A DNA stretch of 64,000 nt, from NCBI GenBank assembly GCA_038116375.1, contig JAYNUQ010000006.1, positions 5,176-69,175 of the forward strand. Reading direction: 5' to 3'. The position numbers and the translations under genes are program-made. Below the pieces are notes generated by a model, which did not search any database, was not told where the DNA came from, and saw only the letters and a list, made by a program, of their open reading frames with translations. The DNA comes from Candidatus Poseidoniales archaeon. Lineage in GTDB: Archaea; Thermoplasmatota; Poseidoniia; Poseidoniales; Poseidoniaceae. Positions 63,533 through 64,000 of this stretch are shown here, one piece after another; the stretch's first letter is position 1, and every line of letters starts with the position of its first letter.

Positions 63533-64000
63533 TCAACCTCCAAAGTAGAGCGGTGAAGGAACAAAGGTCCCCGAGGACGGGTTGAGTCCTGGAACTTCGG
63601 TGATACCGATCAAATCTGGCGAGAAAGCGACGAGGTTGAAGATGACCAGAGCGACGACGATCATCATCCCCGAATGTTTGAAGCCGGTGGAGAACCGTCC
63701 GGTGGCCATCAATCCGGCCATGGAGCCGTTACCCAAGGCCTGCATGGTCACGCCGTAGTAGAAAATCGTCAGGAAAAACAGCGGGTCGATGTTTCGGATG
63801 GTCATGTTTCCAATCGTTTGACCCCCGCTATCGCCGCCGTCTTCCCCGCCTGAGTTCGAGCCTGCAATAGCGGGAATAAACACCTTGGCCAGAACGACAA
63901 TCACGCCGAGGAAAACGAAGTACGACGTCCAAATAACCGCGATGTACGACCCAATAGCGCGTTTTCGCTCCGCTTCAAGGAACTTCAATTCACGGGAGTC
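63533..64000 (-). CDS. FlaJ/TadC-type (T2SS-F family) polytopic membrane protein, C-terminal part (continues beyond the window)
   Basis: The frame is open to position 64000. The C-terminal pattern QALGNGSMAGLMATGRFSTGFKHSGMMIVVALVIF matches the conserved end of archaeal FlaJ/TadC proteins. Confidence 0.6.
   Translation of the reverse strand, partial: DSRELKFLEAERKRAIGSYIAVIWTSYFVFLGVIVVLAKVFIPAIAGSNSGGEDGGDSGGQTIGNMTIRNIDPLFFLTIFYYGVTMQALGNGSMAGLMATGRFSTGFKHSGMMIVVALVIFNLVAFSPDLIGITEVPGLNPSSGTFVPSPLYFGG

Overview
This 64-kb, GC-rich window reads as an archaeal chromosome segment. No search tools were run. All family calls rest on motifs I recognised in the supplied translations, and all coordinates were checked by hand against the sequence.

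Evidence for an archaeal host:
- CDP-archaeol synthase and an Orc1/Cdc6 initiator.
- A TBP-fold protein and an HTH_10 regulator.
- An archaeal-type PPAT fused to a DUF359 dephospho-CoA kinase.
- A DhnA-type class I aldolase and a 2-phosphoglycerate-kinase-like P-loop protein.
- A FlaJ/TadC-type pilus membrane protein followed by two pilin-like genes.
- The gene content (huge secreted or anchored proteases and adhesin-like proteins, beta-oxidation genes) is consistent with a marine planktonic euryarchaeote such as MGII/Poseidoniales. That placement is inference only.

I call about 48 CDS and one tRNA-Gly(UCC). I saw no CRISPR array, IS element, integrase or rRNA.

The standout is a minus-strand operon at 12.5-22.9 kb:
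- It encodes FabI enoyl-ACP reductase, a 2,940-aa PfaA-like type I synthase, and an Sfp-type phosphopantetheinyl transferase.
- The synthase domain order is KS-AT-(degenerate ACP-like)-KS-ACPx3-KR-DH.
- This is a complete bacterial-style ACP-dependent acyl-chain factory, and it sits about 4 kb from the archaeal ether-lipid gene carS.
- All three tandem ACPs carry Thr where the phosphopantetheine-accepting Ser is expected.

Other points of interest:
- A 1,863-aa S8 protease with 15 thrombospondin-type-3-like calcium-binding units.
- A 1,964-aa anchored surface protein.
- A P-loop-less EF-Tu-like protein.
- An FNR-type reductase plus fatty-acid-hydroxylase pair.
- An orphan 833-aa wHTH protein next to an AT-rich intergenic region that carries a mini-ORB-like dyad.
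- A PaaA-like diiron oxygenase with a tandem palindromic operator and a probable leaderless promoter.
- A 344-nt unassigned GC-normal gap.
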